64,000 nt of DNA from Haemophilus parainfluenzae (GTDB lineage: Bacteria > Pseudomonadota > Gammaproteobacteria > Enterobacterales > Pasteurellaceae), in contig CAJZKN010000005.1 of assembly GCA_916050345.1 (NCBI GenBank), positions 20,529-84,528 of the forward strand, in the 5' to 3' direction. Positions 54,734 through 64,000 of this stretch are shown piece by piece (within the stretch, counting starts at the first letter, position 1; every line of letters begins with the position of its first letter). A program made the position numbers and the translations under genes. The notes below the pieces were generated by a model. That model saw nothing but the letters and a program-made list of their open reading frames with translations, ran no database searches and was not told the DNA's origin.

Positions 54734-55315
54734 TTAATCCTCATTAATTCGGCTAGCTACCGCATTTTGCTGATGTTTATATTTGGCATCTTTACGGCTA
54801 GTGTAAGGGCGCGCTGCCGGGCCACTTAACACTTCAAAACTTAAAGCACCAATCACCATATTTGGACGTAATGCCAAAGGTAATTTGCCTGAGTTATAAA
54901 ACTCTAACACAATTTTACCTTCCCAACCTGGATCAATACGATGAGCGGTCACGTGCACCATTAAACCTAAACGAGCAAGTGAAGAGCGACCATCTAACCA
55001 ACCGATAATATTGGCAGGGAGTTTCACTGACTCCAATGTGGTTGCTAATGCCAACATACCAGGGTGTAAGAAGAAGGCTTCATCATCACCGATAATAATT
55101 TCGTCACTCATCACTGATTCAAGTTGAGCAGAGACTTCTTCTTTCGGTCCACTTAAATCAATATAAGGCGCGGAATGTTCACGAAATACGCGAAATGAAT
55201 TGCCTAAACGCACATCAATGGTCGCACCATTGATTTTGTCATTTTCAGGACGAGGCGTTAAAGAAATAATGCCATCATCTAGATAGCGTTCGATATCGGT
55301 ATCGCAAAGACGCAT
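54734..55315 (-). CDS. dcd: dCTP deaminase
   Basis: 193 aa. N-terminus [15 protein letters not shown]...[12 protein letters not shown]. Confidence 0.9.
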   Translation of the reverse strand: MRLCDTDIERYLDDGIISLTPRPENDKINGATIDVRLGNSFRVFREHSAPYIDLSGPKEEVSAQLESVMSDEIIIGDDEAFFLHPGMLALATTLESVKLPANIIGWLDGRSSLARLGLMVHVTAHRIDPGWEGKIVLEFYNSGKLPLALRPNMVIGALSFEVLSGPAARPYTSRKDAKYKHQQNAVASRINED

Positions 55316-55323
55316 GATTTTAC

Positions 55324-55965
55324 CTATTTTTGGTTTAACAAATGAAGAATTTGAGCTTTTAACATATTGATCGCAATACGGTTTTTACCACCGCGCGGAA
55401 TCACGATATCCGCATATTGTTTTGATGGTTCGATAAATTGCATAAACATTGGGCGCACAGTTGCACGATATTGATCAATCACAGATTGTAATGAACGACC
55501 ACGTTCTTCCATATCACGTTGTAAACGACGGATAAAACAAATGTCTAATGGCGTATCCACGAACACAGAAATATCGGCTAATTGGCGAACTCGCTCATCA
55601 GTAAGCAATAAGATGCCTTCTAAAATAACAATTTTTTTCGGGGTGAAGTGTTTGGTTTCGCCTGTTCTGGTATGCTCAACATAACTGTAGACAGGAACAT
55701 CCACAGCAGTTCCGTTTTTTAAGTCTTTTAAGTGTTGAATAAGTAAATCTCTGTCCATTGAACTCGGGTGGTCATAGTTGGTTTTTACTCGCTCACTCAT
55801 CTCTAAATGGCTTTGATCTTTATAGTAGCTGTCTTCAGCAATAATCCCAATTTCTTCACAACCTAAGTCGTTGCAAAGTTCTTTATGAACGGTGGAAGCA
55901 ATGGAGCTTTTGCCTGAAGCGGATGCCCCCGTGATAGCGATGATAATACAAGATGAGTCTGACAT
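55324..55965 (-). CDS. udk: Uridine/cytidine kinase
   Basis: 213 aa. Walker [10 protein letters not shown] and YSYVEHTR, near-identical in pattern to E. coli Udk. Confidence 0.9.
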   Translation of the reverse strand: MSDSSCIIIAITGASASGKSSIASTVHKELCNDLGCEEIGIIAEDSYYKDQSHLEMSERVKTNYDHPSSMDRDLLIQHLKDLKNGTAVDVPVYSYVEHTRTGETKHFTPKKIVILEGILLLTDERVRQLADISVFVDTPLDICFIRRLQRDMEERGRSLQSVIDQYRATVRPMFMQFIEPSKQYADIVIPRGGKNRIAINMLKAQILHLLNQK

Positions 55966-56060
55966 AGAACGACCTCAAAAACGGAAGGTAAAAATTACAA
56001 GGATTATAAAGAAAAATCAGTTTAAATTCACCTTTCTTTTTTATTTAAATTTTTTAAATT

Positions 56061-56076
56061 TGTGAAGTAGTTCACG
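56061..56076. promoter_or_regulatory. Canonical CRP site TGTGA-N6-TCACG about 75 bp upstream of afuA
   Basis: The sequence is tgtgaagtagttcacg (9/10 to TGTGA-N6-TCACA). Confidence 0.5.
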
Positions 56077-56150
56077 GAATTTTTTTTCGTTTTCGCTTAC
56101 GATGTGCTCGTTTTTATTATTTCATCAGTGTTATTTATGAGGAGTGTACG

Positions 56151-57191
56151 ATGAAAATGAATAAAATTTCTCTCTCCATTTCAACCGCACTTTTAGCAGC
56201 AGGCTTCATGACATCATCAGCCGTTAATGCTCAAGGGCGTTTAGTGGTGTATTGTAGTGCGACTAACATTCTTTGTGAAACGACAACCAAAGCCTTTGGC
56301 GAAAAATATGATGTGAAAACTTCATTCATTCGCAACGGTTCAGGCAGTACGTTTGCAAAAGTTGAAGCGGAAAAAAATAACCCTCAAGCAGACGTTTGGT
56401 TTGGTGGTACATTCGACCCTCAAGCTCAAGCGGCAGAGTTGGGTTTAATCGAACCTTATAAATCTAAACACATTGATGAAATTGTTGAACGTTTCCGTGA
56501 TCCAGCGAAAACCAAAGGACATTATGTATCCGCTATTTACATGGGTATCTTAGGTTTTGGTGTGAATACCGAGCGTTTAGCAAAATTAGGTATTAAAGAA
56601 GTACCAAAATGCTGGAAAGATTTAACTGATCCTCGCTTAAAAGGCGAAGTGCAAATTGCTGACCCACAAAGTGCAGGTACAGCATACACTGCGTTGGCTA
56701 CTTTCGTTCAACTTTGGGGCGAAGAAAAAGCCTTTGATTTCTTAAAAGCATTACATCCAAACGTATCGCAATACACCAAATCAGGTGTCACTCCATCTCG
56801 TAATGCGGCACGTGGTGAAACTGCGGTAGGTATCGGTTTCTTACACGATTACGCACTTGAAAAACGTCAAGGTGCGCCGTTGGAATTAGTGGTACCTTGT
56901 GAAGGTACGGGCTACGAGTTAGGTGGCGTAAGTATCTTAAAAGGTGCGCGTAACATCGATAACGCAAAATTATTCGTGGATTGGGCATTATCTAAAGAAG
57001 GTCAAGAGTTAGCGTGGAAACAAGGTGACTCTTTACAAATCTTAACTAACACCACAGCGGAACAATCACCAACTGCGTTTGATCCAAATAAACTTAACCT
57101 CATCAATTATGACTTTGAAAAATACGGTGCAACCGAACAACGCAAAGCCTTAATTGAAAAATGGGTTCAAGACGTTAAATTAGCGAAATAA
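56151..57191 (+). CDS. afuA: AfuA-family periplasmic substrate-binding protein, copy 1
   Basis: 346 aa with a signal peptide ending VNA. Heads an afuA-afuA-afuB-afuC cluster. Confidence 0.75.
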   Translation: MKMNKISLSISTALLAAGFMTSSAVNAQGRLVVYCSATNILCETTTKAFGEKYDVKTSFIRNGSGSTFAKVEAEKNNPQADVWFGGTFDPQAQAAELGLIEPYKSKHIDEIVERFRDPAKTKGHYVSAIYMGILGFGVNTERLAKLGIKEVPKCWKDLTDPRLKGEVQIADPQSAGTAYTALATFVQLWGEEKAFDFLKALHPNVSQYTKSGVTPSRNAARGETAVGIGFLHDYALEKRQGAPLELVVPCEGTGYELGGVSILKGARNIDNAKLFVDWALSKEGQELAWKQGDSLQILTNTTAEQSPTAFDPNKLNLINYDFEKYGATEQRKALIEKWVQDVKLAK

Positions 57192-57196
57192 TGTTT

Positions 57197-57238
57197 AAAG
57201 TGCGGTTGAAAAACATGAGATTTTTTGACCGCACTTTT
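57197..57238. terminator. Inverted USS pair after afuA copy 1
   Basis: The sequence is aaagtgcggttgaaaaacatgagattttttgaccgcactttt, immediately after the stop codon. Confidence 0.55.
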
Positions 57239-57328
57239 ACCATTTTAGCCCCACTAGATAGATTTTTACGTGGGTTTCTACGATGAGCGTATTAGCTTAT
57301 CTTATTTTATAAACACAGGAGTGGACCA

Positions 57329-58366
57329 ATGAAAATGTCTAACGTTGCTTTAGCACTTTCTGGTGTTGTATTTGGTGGCGTGTTGCTAAGCTCTCACGCA
57401 TCTGCTGCAGAAGGTCGTTTAGTGGTTTATTGTAGTGCACAAAATACGATGTGCGAGCAAGAAACCATGGCTTTTGAGAAAAAATACGGAATCAAAACTA
57501 GTTTTATCCGTGGTGGTACAGGCACAATTTTAGCCAAAATTGATGCTGAGAAAGACAACCCTCAAGGGGATGTGTGGTATGGCGGTACGCTTGATCCGCA
57601 TTCTCAAGCGGGTGAAATGGGCTTACTTGAAGCGTATAAGTCACCAAATCTTGCACAAATTCCTGAACAGTTTAGAGACCCAGCTAAAATTAAAGGCAAC
57701 TATTCCTCCGCGATTTATCTCGGTGTATTAGGCTTCGGTATTAACCCAGAACGTTTGAAAAAACTCAATTTGCCGACACCAAAATGTTGGAAAGATCTAG
57801 CCGATCCTGCGTACCGTAATGAGATCCAAGCAGCTGATCCACAAAGTTCTGGAACAGGTTATACACAATTAGCCACCTATATCCAACTTTGGGGCGAGGA
57901 TGAAGCATTCAAATATCTCAAAGAACTCAATAAAAACGTTTCCCAATATACCAAATCCGGTAACACCGCAACCCGTAATACAGCGCGTGGTGAAACCGCA
58001 ATCGGAATTGGTTTTTTACATGAATATTCTTTAGAGAAAGCAAAAGGCGCACCAGTTGAATTAGTTGTTCCTTGCGAAGGTACAGGCTATGAAATTGGTG
58101 GCGTGAGCATTATTAAAGGTGCAAGAAACCTTGAAAATGCGAAATTATTTGTGGATTGGGCATTATCAAAAGAAGCGCAAGAGTTAACCTGGAAAAAAGG
58201 GGAAGCGTATTCTATTTTAACCAATAGCACCGCTGAGCAATCGCCTTATGCGCTCGATTTTAAATCCATCAATTTAATTAATTATGATTTTGACAAATAC
58301 GGCTCAAGTGATTTACGTAAACGTTTGATCACAAAATGGGTTGATGATGTTAAATTAGCAAAATAA
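57329..58366 (+). CDS. afuA: AfuA-family periplasmic substrate-binding protein, copy 2 (about 70% identical to copy 1)
   Basis: 345 aa with a signal peptide ending ASA. Tandem paralogue. Confidence 0.75.
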   Translation: MKMSNVALALSGVVFGGVLLSSHASAAEGRLVVYCSAQNTMCEQETMAFEKKYGIKTSFIRGGTGTILAKIDAEKDNPQGDVWYGGTLDPHSQAGEMGLLEAYKSPNLAQIPEQFRDPAKIKGNYSSAIYLGVLGFGINPERLKKLNLPTPKCWKDLADPAYRNEIQAADPQSSGTGYTQLATYIQLWGEDEAFKYLKELNKNVSQYTKSGNTATRNTARGETAIGIGFLHEYSLEKAKGAPVELVVPCEGTGYEIGGVSIIKGARNLENAKLFVDWALSKEAQELTWKKGEAYSILTNSTAEQSPYALDFKSINLINYDFDKYGSSDLRKRLITKWVDDVKLAK

Positions 58367-58378
58367 TGATGTATACAT

Positions 58379-58417
58379 AGCGAAATAATAGCTATTATAT
58401 TATTTCGCTTTTTTTCT
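58379..58417. terminator. AT-rich hairpin (agcgaaataatagctattatattatttcgct) plus T-run between afuA copy 2 and afuB
   Basis: Seen in the sequence. Probable attenuator setting SBP:permease stoichiometry. Confidence 0.5.
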
Positions 58418-58420
58418 TTT

Positions 58421-60490
58421 ATGCGAGGTTGTATGAACGCAAATAAACTTCCTATTATCCAATCCGCTAACTTTTGGATAATTCTTGCAGTGATTGCATT
58501 TCTTCTTCTGCCTTCCCACGCTTTAGATTATGGCTTGTTTGAAAGCACAAGCGATGAATACTTAGGTGCAATGGGTTGGTCTTCGTTAAATATTACGGCA
58601 TTATGGTTTTTACCGGTTATTTTATACGGATTGATGCCACTTCTTAAATTACCGAAGGATACGCAAGCGAAAGCTGAGCTGTATCTTATTGCTGCGGCGA
58701 CGTTGTTTATCTTTGTCAGTGCGACAATTTATAAAGTCAGCATGGGTTATTCTGTGATTGTATTAATCGCGAGTTTAACCGCATTGGCGACATTTTCCTT
58801 CGCCAAATTAAAAGTGATGCAAGGGGATAAATTTATTATTGCCTCTTTACTTTGCATTATCTTATTAATTTTCTTCTTCATCGTTTACCCAACATTGGCG
58901 ATCTTTGTATCCATGTTTTATGACGGTGATACCTTTGCACCACAACAAGTGATGCGAATTTTGACTCAAAGCTATATTGTTCGAGTTATTAGCAACTCGT
59001 TATTCTTATCTGGCTTTGTGGGTATCGTATCAACAATTTTCGGTTTAGCTTTTGCACTTTATACCACCCGTATTGCTCGTAGAACGGCATTTATTGGTAA
59101 AATTTTCTCTATTTTACCAATCGTCACACCGCCATTCGTTGTGGGTTTAGGGGTAACATTAATGCTTGGCCGTTCTGGTTATGTGACTGAGTTCTTAGCT
59201 TCAACATTTGGATTTGAGAACCATAACTGGTTATACGGCTTTAATGGGATTGCCATTGCACAGATTCTTGCTTTTGCGCCGATTTCATTCATGATTTTAG
59301 ATGGAGCATTAAAATCGGTTCACCCATCAATTGAAGAAGCCTCTTACACTTTACGTGCAAATCGTTACCAAACATTCTTCAATATTATTTTCCCATTATT
59401 GCGTCCAGCGTTGGCAAACTCGTTCTTAATCGTGTTTATCCAATCCTTAGCCGACTTTAGTAACCCATTAGTACTGGGCGGTAGCTTTGACGTCATCGCG
59501 ACACAAATCTACTTCTATATCGCAGGCTCACAATTAGATTATGCTTCAGCAAGTACTTTAGGTTCGATGCTTTTAATCTTCTCATTAGCCGTATTTATCA
59601 TCCAATATATTTGGATTGGTAACCGCTCTTATGTGACCGTCTCAGGCAAATCCTATCGTGGTGACGTACAAGATCTACCAACCGGCTTGAAATATACCAT
59701 CATTGGTATGCTTGGTTTCTGGGTACTCTTTAACTTAGCGTTATACGGCAGTATTTTCTACGGTAGTTTCACAGTGAACTGGGGCGTAGATTACACCTTA
59801 ACCTTGAAAAACTATGCGATGTTATTCGGACAAGGCTTAAGTGATGGGGCATGGCCATCATTGATTAATACCTTAATCTACGCAGGAATTGCCGCACCAT
59901 TGACTGCACTTTTCGGTTTATTAATTGCGTATATTGTGGTGCGTAAAGATTTCCAAGGTAAAAAATCTCTTGAGTTCTTAACCATGCTTTGTTTTGCGGT
60001 ACCAGGAACCGTTGCAGGGGTATCTTATATTTTAGCCTTTAACAATGCGCCACTTTACATTACGGGTACCAGCATTATCGTGATCATTTCAATGGTGATG
60101 CGTGATTTACCAATCGGTATGCGTGCAGCGATTGCTGGTCTTGGACAATTAGATAAATCACTCGATGAAGCGTCGCTTTCTTTAAAAGGTAGCTCATGGA
60201 AAACATTATGGTTTATCGTTTTACCATTGTTAAAACCAGCGTTACTTTCTGCATTGGTCACCAGCTTCGTTCGTGCGATGACTACCGTGAGTGCGATTAT
60301 CTTCTTAGTCACCGCTGATACACGTGTGGCAACAGCCTATATTTTAAACCGTGTAGAAGATGGTGAATATGGTGTTGCTATCGCATACGGTTCGATTTTA
60401 ATCATCGTGATGATGGCCATTATTTTATTCTTTGACTGGATTGTGGGTGATACCCGAATTTCCCGTTCTAAAGCGAAAAAAATGAATTAA
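58421..60490 (+). CDS. afuB: AfuB/FbpB-type ABC permease (two fused 6-TM permease domains)
   Basis: 689 aa with two EAA-loop regions. The start may be the ATG at 58433. Confidence 0.8.
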   Translation: MRGCMNANKLPIIQSANFWIILAVIAFLLLPSHALDYGLFESTSDEYLGAMGWSSLNITALWFLPVILYGLMPLLKLPKDTQAKAELYLIAAATLFIFVSATIYKVSMGYSVIVLIASLTALATFSFAKLKVMQGDKFIIASLLCIILLIFFFIVYPTLAIFVSMFYDGDTFAPQQVMRILTQSYIVRVISNSLFLSGFVGIVSTIFGLAFALYTTRIARRTAFIGKIFSILPIVTPPFVVGLGVTLMLGRSGYVTEFLASTFGFENHNWLYGFNGIAIAQILAFAPISFMILDGALKSVHPSIEEASYTLRANRYQTFFNIIFPLLRPALANSFLIVFIQSLADFSNPLVLGGSFDVIATQIYFYIAGSQLDYASASTLGSMLLIFSLAVFIIQYIWIGNRSYVTVSGKSYRGDVQDLPTGLKYTIIGMLGFWVLFNLALYGSIFYGSFTVNWGVDYTLTLKNYAMLFGQGLSDGAWPSLINTLIYAGIAAPLTALFGLLIAYIVVRKDFQGKKSLEFLTMLCFAVPGTVAGVSYILAFNNAPLYITGTSIIVIISMVMRDLPIGMRAAIAGLGQLDKSLDEASLSLKGSSWKTLWFIVLPLLKPALLSALVTSFVRAMTTVSAIIFLVTADTRVATAYILNRVEDGEYGVAIAYGSILIIVMMAIILFFDWIVGDTRISRSKAKKMN

Positions 60491-60514
60491 CTCGTTAAGT
60501 TGTAGGTAAATATT

Positions 60515-61567
60515 ATGAGTAATAATGATTTCTTAGTATTAAAAAATATCACCAAATCTTTTGGTAAATCCACAGTCATTGATAATTTAGATTTAACCAT
60601 TAAACGTGGCACCATGGTGACCTTATTAGGTCCATCTGGTTGTGGTAAAACCACTGTGTTACGTTTAGTTGCAGGATTAGAAAACCCAACTTCAGGTCAA
60701 ATTTTTATTGATGGTGAAGATGTAACCAAATCGTCTATTCAAAATCGTGATATTTGTATCGTATTCCAATCTTATGCATTGTTCCCGCATATGAGTATCG
60801 GTGATAACGTCGGCTATGGTTTACGTATGCAAGGCGTGGGTAAAGAAGAACGTGCTAAACGTGTAAAAGAAGCGTTAGAATTGGTTGACTTAGCGGGTTT
60901 TGAAGATCGTTTCGTGGATCAAATTTCAGGTGGTCAACAACAACGTGTGGCATTAGCGCGTGCGTTAGTATTAAAGCCAAAAGTATTGCTTTTTGATGAA
61001 CCATTAAGTAACTTGGATGCAAACTTACGTCGTTCTATGCGTGAAAAAATCCGTGAATTACAACAAAGTTTAGGTATTACTTCACTTTATGTGACTCACG
61101 ACCAAACCGAAGCATTTGCGGTGTCTGATGAAGTTATCGTCATGAATAAAGGTAAAATCATGCAAAAAGCACCAGCAAAAGAGCTTTATTTGCGTCCAAA
61201 TTCTTTATTCCTTGCAAACTTCATGGGCGAATCGAGCATCTTTGAAGGTAAATTAGAAAATGGCACCATTGATGTGAATGGCTACAAATTGCCATTAAGT
61301 AATGCGGCGCAATTCAATTTACCGGATGGTGAATGCTTAGTGGGCGTACGTCCTGAAGCGATTTACTTAAAAGCAGAAGGTGAGGCAGCACAACAATGTG
61401 AAATCAAGAGTGCGGTCTATATGGGGAACCACTGGGAAGTGGTGGCAATCTGGGCAGGCAAAGAATTGCTCATTAACACCAAACCAGAAGACTTCAATGC
61501 TGATCTCAAACAAGCTTATGTGAATTTCTCTGAACAAGGTATTTTCTTGTTGAAGAAAGAGAAATAA
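60515..61567 (+). CDS. afuC: AfuC-type ABC ATPase with C-terminal TOBE domain
   Basis: Walker [34 protein letters not shown]. Confidence 0.8.
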   Translation: MSNNDFLVLKNITKSFGKSTVIDNLDLTIKRGTMVTLLGPSGCGKTTVLRLVAGLENPTSGQIFIDGEDVTKSSIQNRDICIVFQSYALFPHMSIGDNVGYGLRMQGVGKEERAKRVKEALELVDLAGFEDRFVDQISGGQQQRVALARALVLKPKVLLFDEPLSNLDANLRRSMREKIRELQQSLGITSLYVTHDQTEAFAVSDEVIVMNKGKIMQKAPAKELYLRPNSLFLANFMGESSIFEGKLENGTIDVNGYKLPLSNAAQFNLPDGECLVGVRPEAIYLKAEGEAAQQCEIKSAVYMGNHWEVVAIWAGKELLINTKPEDFNADLKQAYVNFSEQGIFLLKKEK

Positions 61568-61576
61568 TATCAACTT

Positions 61577-61608
61577 AAAGGCGTATGGAAGCATACGCCT
61601 TTTCTTTT
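61577..61608. terminator. Hairpin aaaggcgtatggaagcatacgcctttt plus T-run after afuC
   Basis: Perfect 9-bp GC-rich stem. Confidence 0.65.
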
Positions 61609-61714
61609 AAAATCCTTTCAAAATTGACCGCACTTTTCTGCTCATTTTTACTTTATCTAACAGAGCTGTATAATGTCTCGCTTTTGAATATAAACGATAG
61701 AAGGGGGAAAGCTC

Positions 61715-63670
61715 ATGATTAAAACCGATACCTTACCGCAATTTTTGCGTAACAAAGTGGCGGAAAACGATGCTTTTGGTCTCGTAGAGGGCTTGTGCCA
61801 ATTATTACGTAGCAGCCCCACAGAAAAAATTTCTCCGACCTTGCATTTATTTAAGTTTATCTTAAAGAACGATAAAGAATTAGGCTATTCTGTTTCGAAA
61901 TTATTATGTGGTTGGTTATGTGGTTTACGCCTTTATCCGTTGTTTATTAGTAGCGGTATTCTTACGCGTGGCGGTTTTGGGCAAGAAATGAAAACGCGTA
62001 TTTATGAGCGTTTTAACCCGTCGTTTAAAGATATTAATGATTTACGTGATATTTTCTATTTATTGTTTAGCGATAAAAATGATGCCCGCTGGATTGATGC
62101 CGTCCCATTAAAAACGTGGCGAGGCGTATTTGGCGTTTTAACCCGTTATACAGAACAAAAAGATCGTGAACGTTTAAAAAATCATATTGAAAGTGAAGGG
62201 CTATTTGCCATTGAAATGCTTTCAATTTGGATTGCAGCTGAAGATATGGATCCTGAGTTGATGCGAATGGAGTCCTCTCTATTGAATGCGGATTCACCTT
62301 TTATCGCGTTGCACCATGAAGTGATGAATTGGTTACAGGCGCGCCGTCAATCAACTGTTTTTGATGATAGCCATTTACAGGTAATGTTTAGCCAATGTAA
62401 AAAATTGGTTGAGCGTTTGCAAAAACGCGGGGCAGTAGTGGGATCATCCTTAAATACAGCGTATTTATTGGAACGTCTTTCCCAGACTTTAGAACGATTA
62501 GAAACCTTGATGGCGATTTTTGTTTCAAATCGCTATTTACCGCGTCGAATCTTATTATTAACCGGTTGTTTTGCCCGTGCGGCAGCGGAACGTCATAGTA
62601 TTTCGCGACTATGGAAACAAAGCTCAGGATTAATGGCTCGTAGTGTTACGCAGAATGCAGGCGATCATGGTGAGCATTACATTACTCGAGATAAAAAAGA
62701 GTATTGGGCAATGTTTTATTCTGCCGCCGGTGGTGGTGTATTAATTGCACTGATGGCGCTATTTAAAACCTATCTAGGCAGTATCATTGATGACAAAGTC
62801 TGGAAAGGCATCGCAGAAGGCTTAAATTACGGCTTAGGTTTCATGGTGATCTTTATGCTGCATTTCACGGTTGCAACCAAACAGCCAGCCATGACTGCGG
62901 CCCGTTTTGCTGAAGCTGTAGAAAAAACGCCTCAAGGTAAAACAGTCAATATGAAATTAGCCCAATTATTAGTGGATGTATTTCGCTCTCAAAGTATTGC
63001 AGTGCTAGGCAATGTGCTCATCGCGATGGGATTGGCTGCGTTGATTGCTTTTGGTTACCAATATAAAACGGGTGAGCCATTGATGAACGCCAATCAAATC
63101 GCGTATCAGTTGCATAGCATTGATCCTTTTGCGGGAACCTTATGGTTTGCTGCTATTGCTGGGGTATGGTTATTCTGCTCGGGGATTATTTCGGGCTATT
63201 TTGATAACCGAAGCAATTATTTGAATATGCGCATGCGTTTAACACAACATCCGTTATTGAAAAAACTCATGTCTGAGAAGGCTCGCGTTAAATTTGCTAA
63301 TTATATGCATGAAAATTATGGTTCGCTTATTGGTAATCTTTGCTTTGGTATGTTGCTTGGGATTACCGGTGTAGTGGGTTACTTAACGCATCTTCCGTTA
63401 GATATTCGTCATGTAGCATTTTCATCTGCGAATGTCGGTTATATTGCCGTGAGCGGACATTTCACCTATTCATTGCTTTTACAATGCATTGGTTTTGTAT
63501 TGTTGATTGGTTTGGTGAATTTAATTGTCAGTTTTTCATTAACGCTTTGGGTGGCATTGCGTTCTTTGAATGCGGAAATTGATAGCTGGTGGCCAATTTG
63601 GCATGAAGTTTGTCAAATTGTGAAAAAACGTCCATTAAGCTTATTTCTTCCCGTTCAGTTAGATAAATAG
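61715..63670 (+). CDS. Large membrane protein of the so-called 'site-specific recombinase (Gcr-like)' family; function unknown
   Basis: 651 aa. Soluble N-terminal about 330 aa, then about 6 TM helices. The family name is recalled from memory. There is no recognisable recombinase catalytic motif. Confidence 0.4.
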   Translation: MIKTDTLPQFLRNKVAENDAFGLVEGLCQLLRSSPTEKISPTLHLFKFILKNDKELGYSVSKLLCGWLCGLRLYPLFISSGILTRGGFGQEMKTRIYERFNPSFKDINDLRDIFYLLFSDKNDARWIDAVPLKTWRGVFGVLTRYTEQKDRERLKNHIESEGLFAIEMLSIWIAAEDMDPELMRMESSLLNADSPFIALHHEVMNWLQARRQSTVFDDSHLQVMFSQCKKLVERLQKRGAVVGSSLNTAYLLERLSQTLERLETLMAIFVSNRYLPRRILLLTGCFARAAAERHSISRLWKQSSGLMARSVTQNAGDHGEHYITRDKKEYWAMFYSAAGGGVLIALMALFKTYLGSIIDDKVWKGIAEGLNYGLGFMVIFMLHFTVATKQPAMTAARFAEAVEKTPQGKTVNMKLAQLLVDVFRSQSIAVLGNVLIAMGLAALIAFGYQYKTGEPLMNANQIAYQLHSIDPFAGTLWFAAIAGVWLFCSGIISGYFDNRSNYLNMRMRLTQHPLLKKLMSEKARVKFANYMHENYGSLIGNLCFGMLLGITGVVGYLTHLPLDIRHVAFSSANVGYIAVSGHFTYSLLLQCIGFVLLIGLVNLIVSFSLTLWVALRSLNAEIDSWWPIWHEVCQIVKKRPLSLFLPVQLDK

Positions 63671-63677
63671 TCGTCTT

Positions 63678-63716
63678 AAGTGCGGTCAAAAATATCAACG
63701 TTTTTGACCGCACTTT
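63678..63716. terminator. Inverted USS pair (aagtgcggtcaaaaa...tttttgaccgcactt)
   Basis: Immediately after the stop of the preceding gene. Confidence 0.6.
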
Positions 63717-63784
63717 CTTTTCGATAAATTTAATTTGCGTTATCATGTTGCTCATCTAATGCTATAACTTTATGAATTATTCTA

Positions 63785-64000
63785 ATGAAACCTACATTTC
63801 TTGAACTTCGTCACTTAAGAACCTTGCTTGCTTTGAAGGAAACGGGCAGTGTTTCAATGGCGGCAAAACGTGTGTATTTAACACAATCAGCCCTTTCTCA
63901 CCAAATTAAATTAATGGAAGAGCAATTCGGTTTACCTCTGTTTGAGCGTAAAAGTAATCCATTGCGTTTTACTGCTGCAGGTGATCGTTTGATTCGTCTT
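63785..64000 (+). CDS. metR: LysR-family transcriptional regulator, N-terminal HTH part (MetR-like), truncated by the window end
   Basis: MKPTFLELRHLRTLLALKETGSVSMAAKRVYLTQSALSHQIKLMEEQFGLPLFERKSNPLRFT resembles the E. coli MetR N-terminus. Confidence 0.65.
   Translation, partial: MKPTFLELRHLRTLLALKETGSVSMAAKRVYLTQSALSHQIKLMEEQFGLPLFERKSNPLRFTAAGDRLIRL

Overview
This window looks like Pasteurellaceae chromosome. The 9-mer AAGTGCGGT and its complement ACCGCACTT occur dozens of times, which is the Haemophilus/Aggregatibacter-type DNA uptake signal sequence (USS). Gene content also fits a Haemophilus-like core: rec2/comEC, hitABC, fdxGHI-fdhE, dppBCDF next to uvrD, and an udk-dcd-asmA block. 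About 55 protein genes are densely packed, nearly all housekeeping, starting with rlmL (3' part) and ending with the metR 5' end; the features list gives each with coordinates. I found no tRNA, rRNA, CRISPR array, IS element or integrase. Many gene ends carry GC hairpins or inverted USS pairs that look like rho-independent, often bidirectional, terminators. The region that stands out is a strongly AT-rich single-gene islet at about 8164-9943. It sits between the convergent end of hrpA and the dcuC promoter and encodes a 518-aa P-loop NTPase. Its motif layout (Walker A GRTGSGKT, a distant Walker B-like ISIDDLD, and a later RPRDAINFVNN motif) resembles what I recall of the poorly characterised KAP-type NTPases, so it is a candidate horizontally acquired single-gene defence or abortive-infection determinant. 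Other points worth a second look: (1) a perfect CRP-S competence site (TGCGA-N6-TCGCA) upstream of rec2/comEC; (2) an in-frame TGA (selenocysteine) with a downstream stem-loop in fdxG; (3) three AfuA-family binding-protein paralogues, two in tandem in front of afuBC with a CRP site and no Fur box, which argues for sugar-phosphate rather than iron uptake; (4) a fused gshF glutathione synthesis gene; (5) a probable non-ATG start and extension of pcnB; (6) a 59-aa ycaR gene that the ORF track missed.
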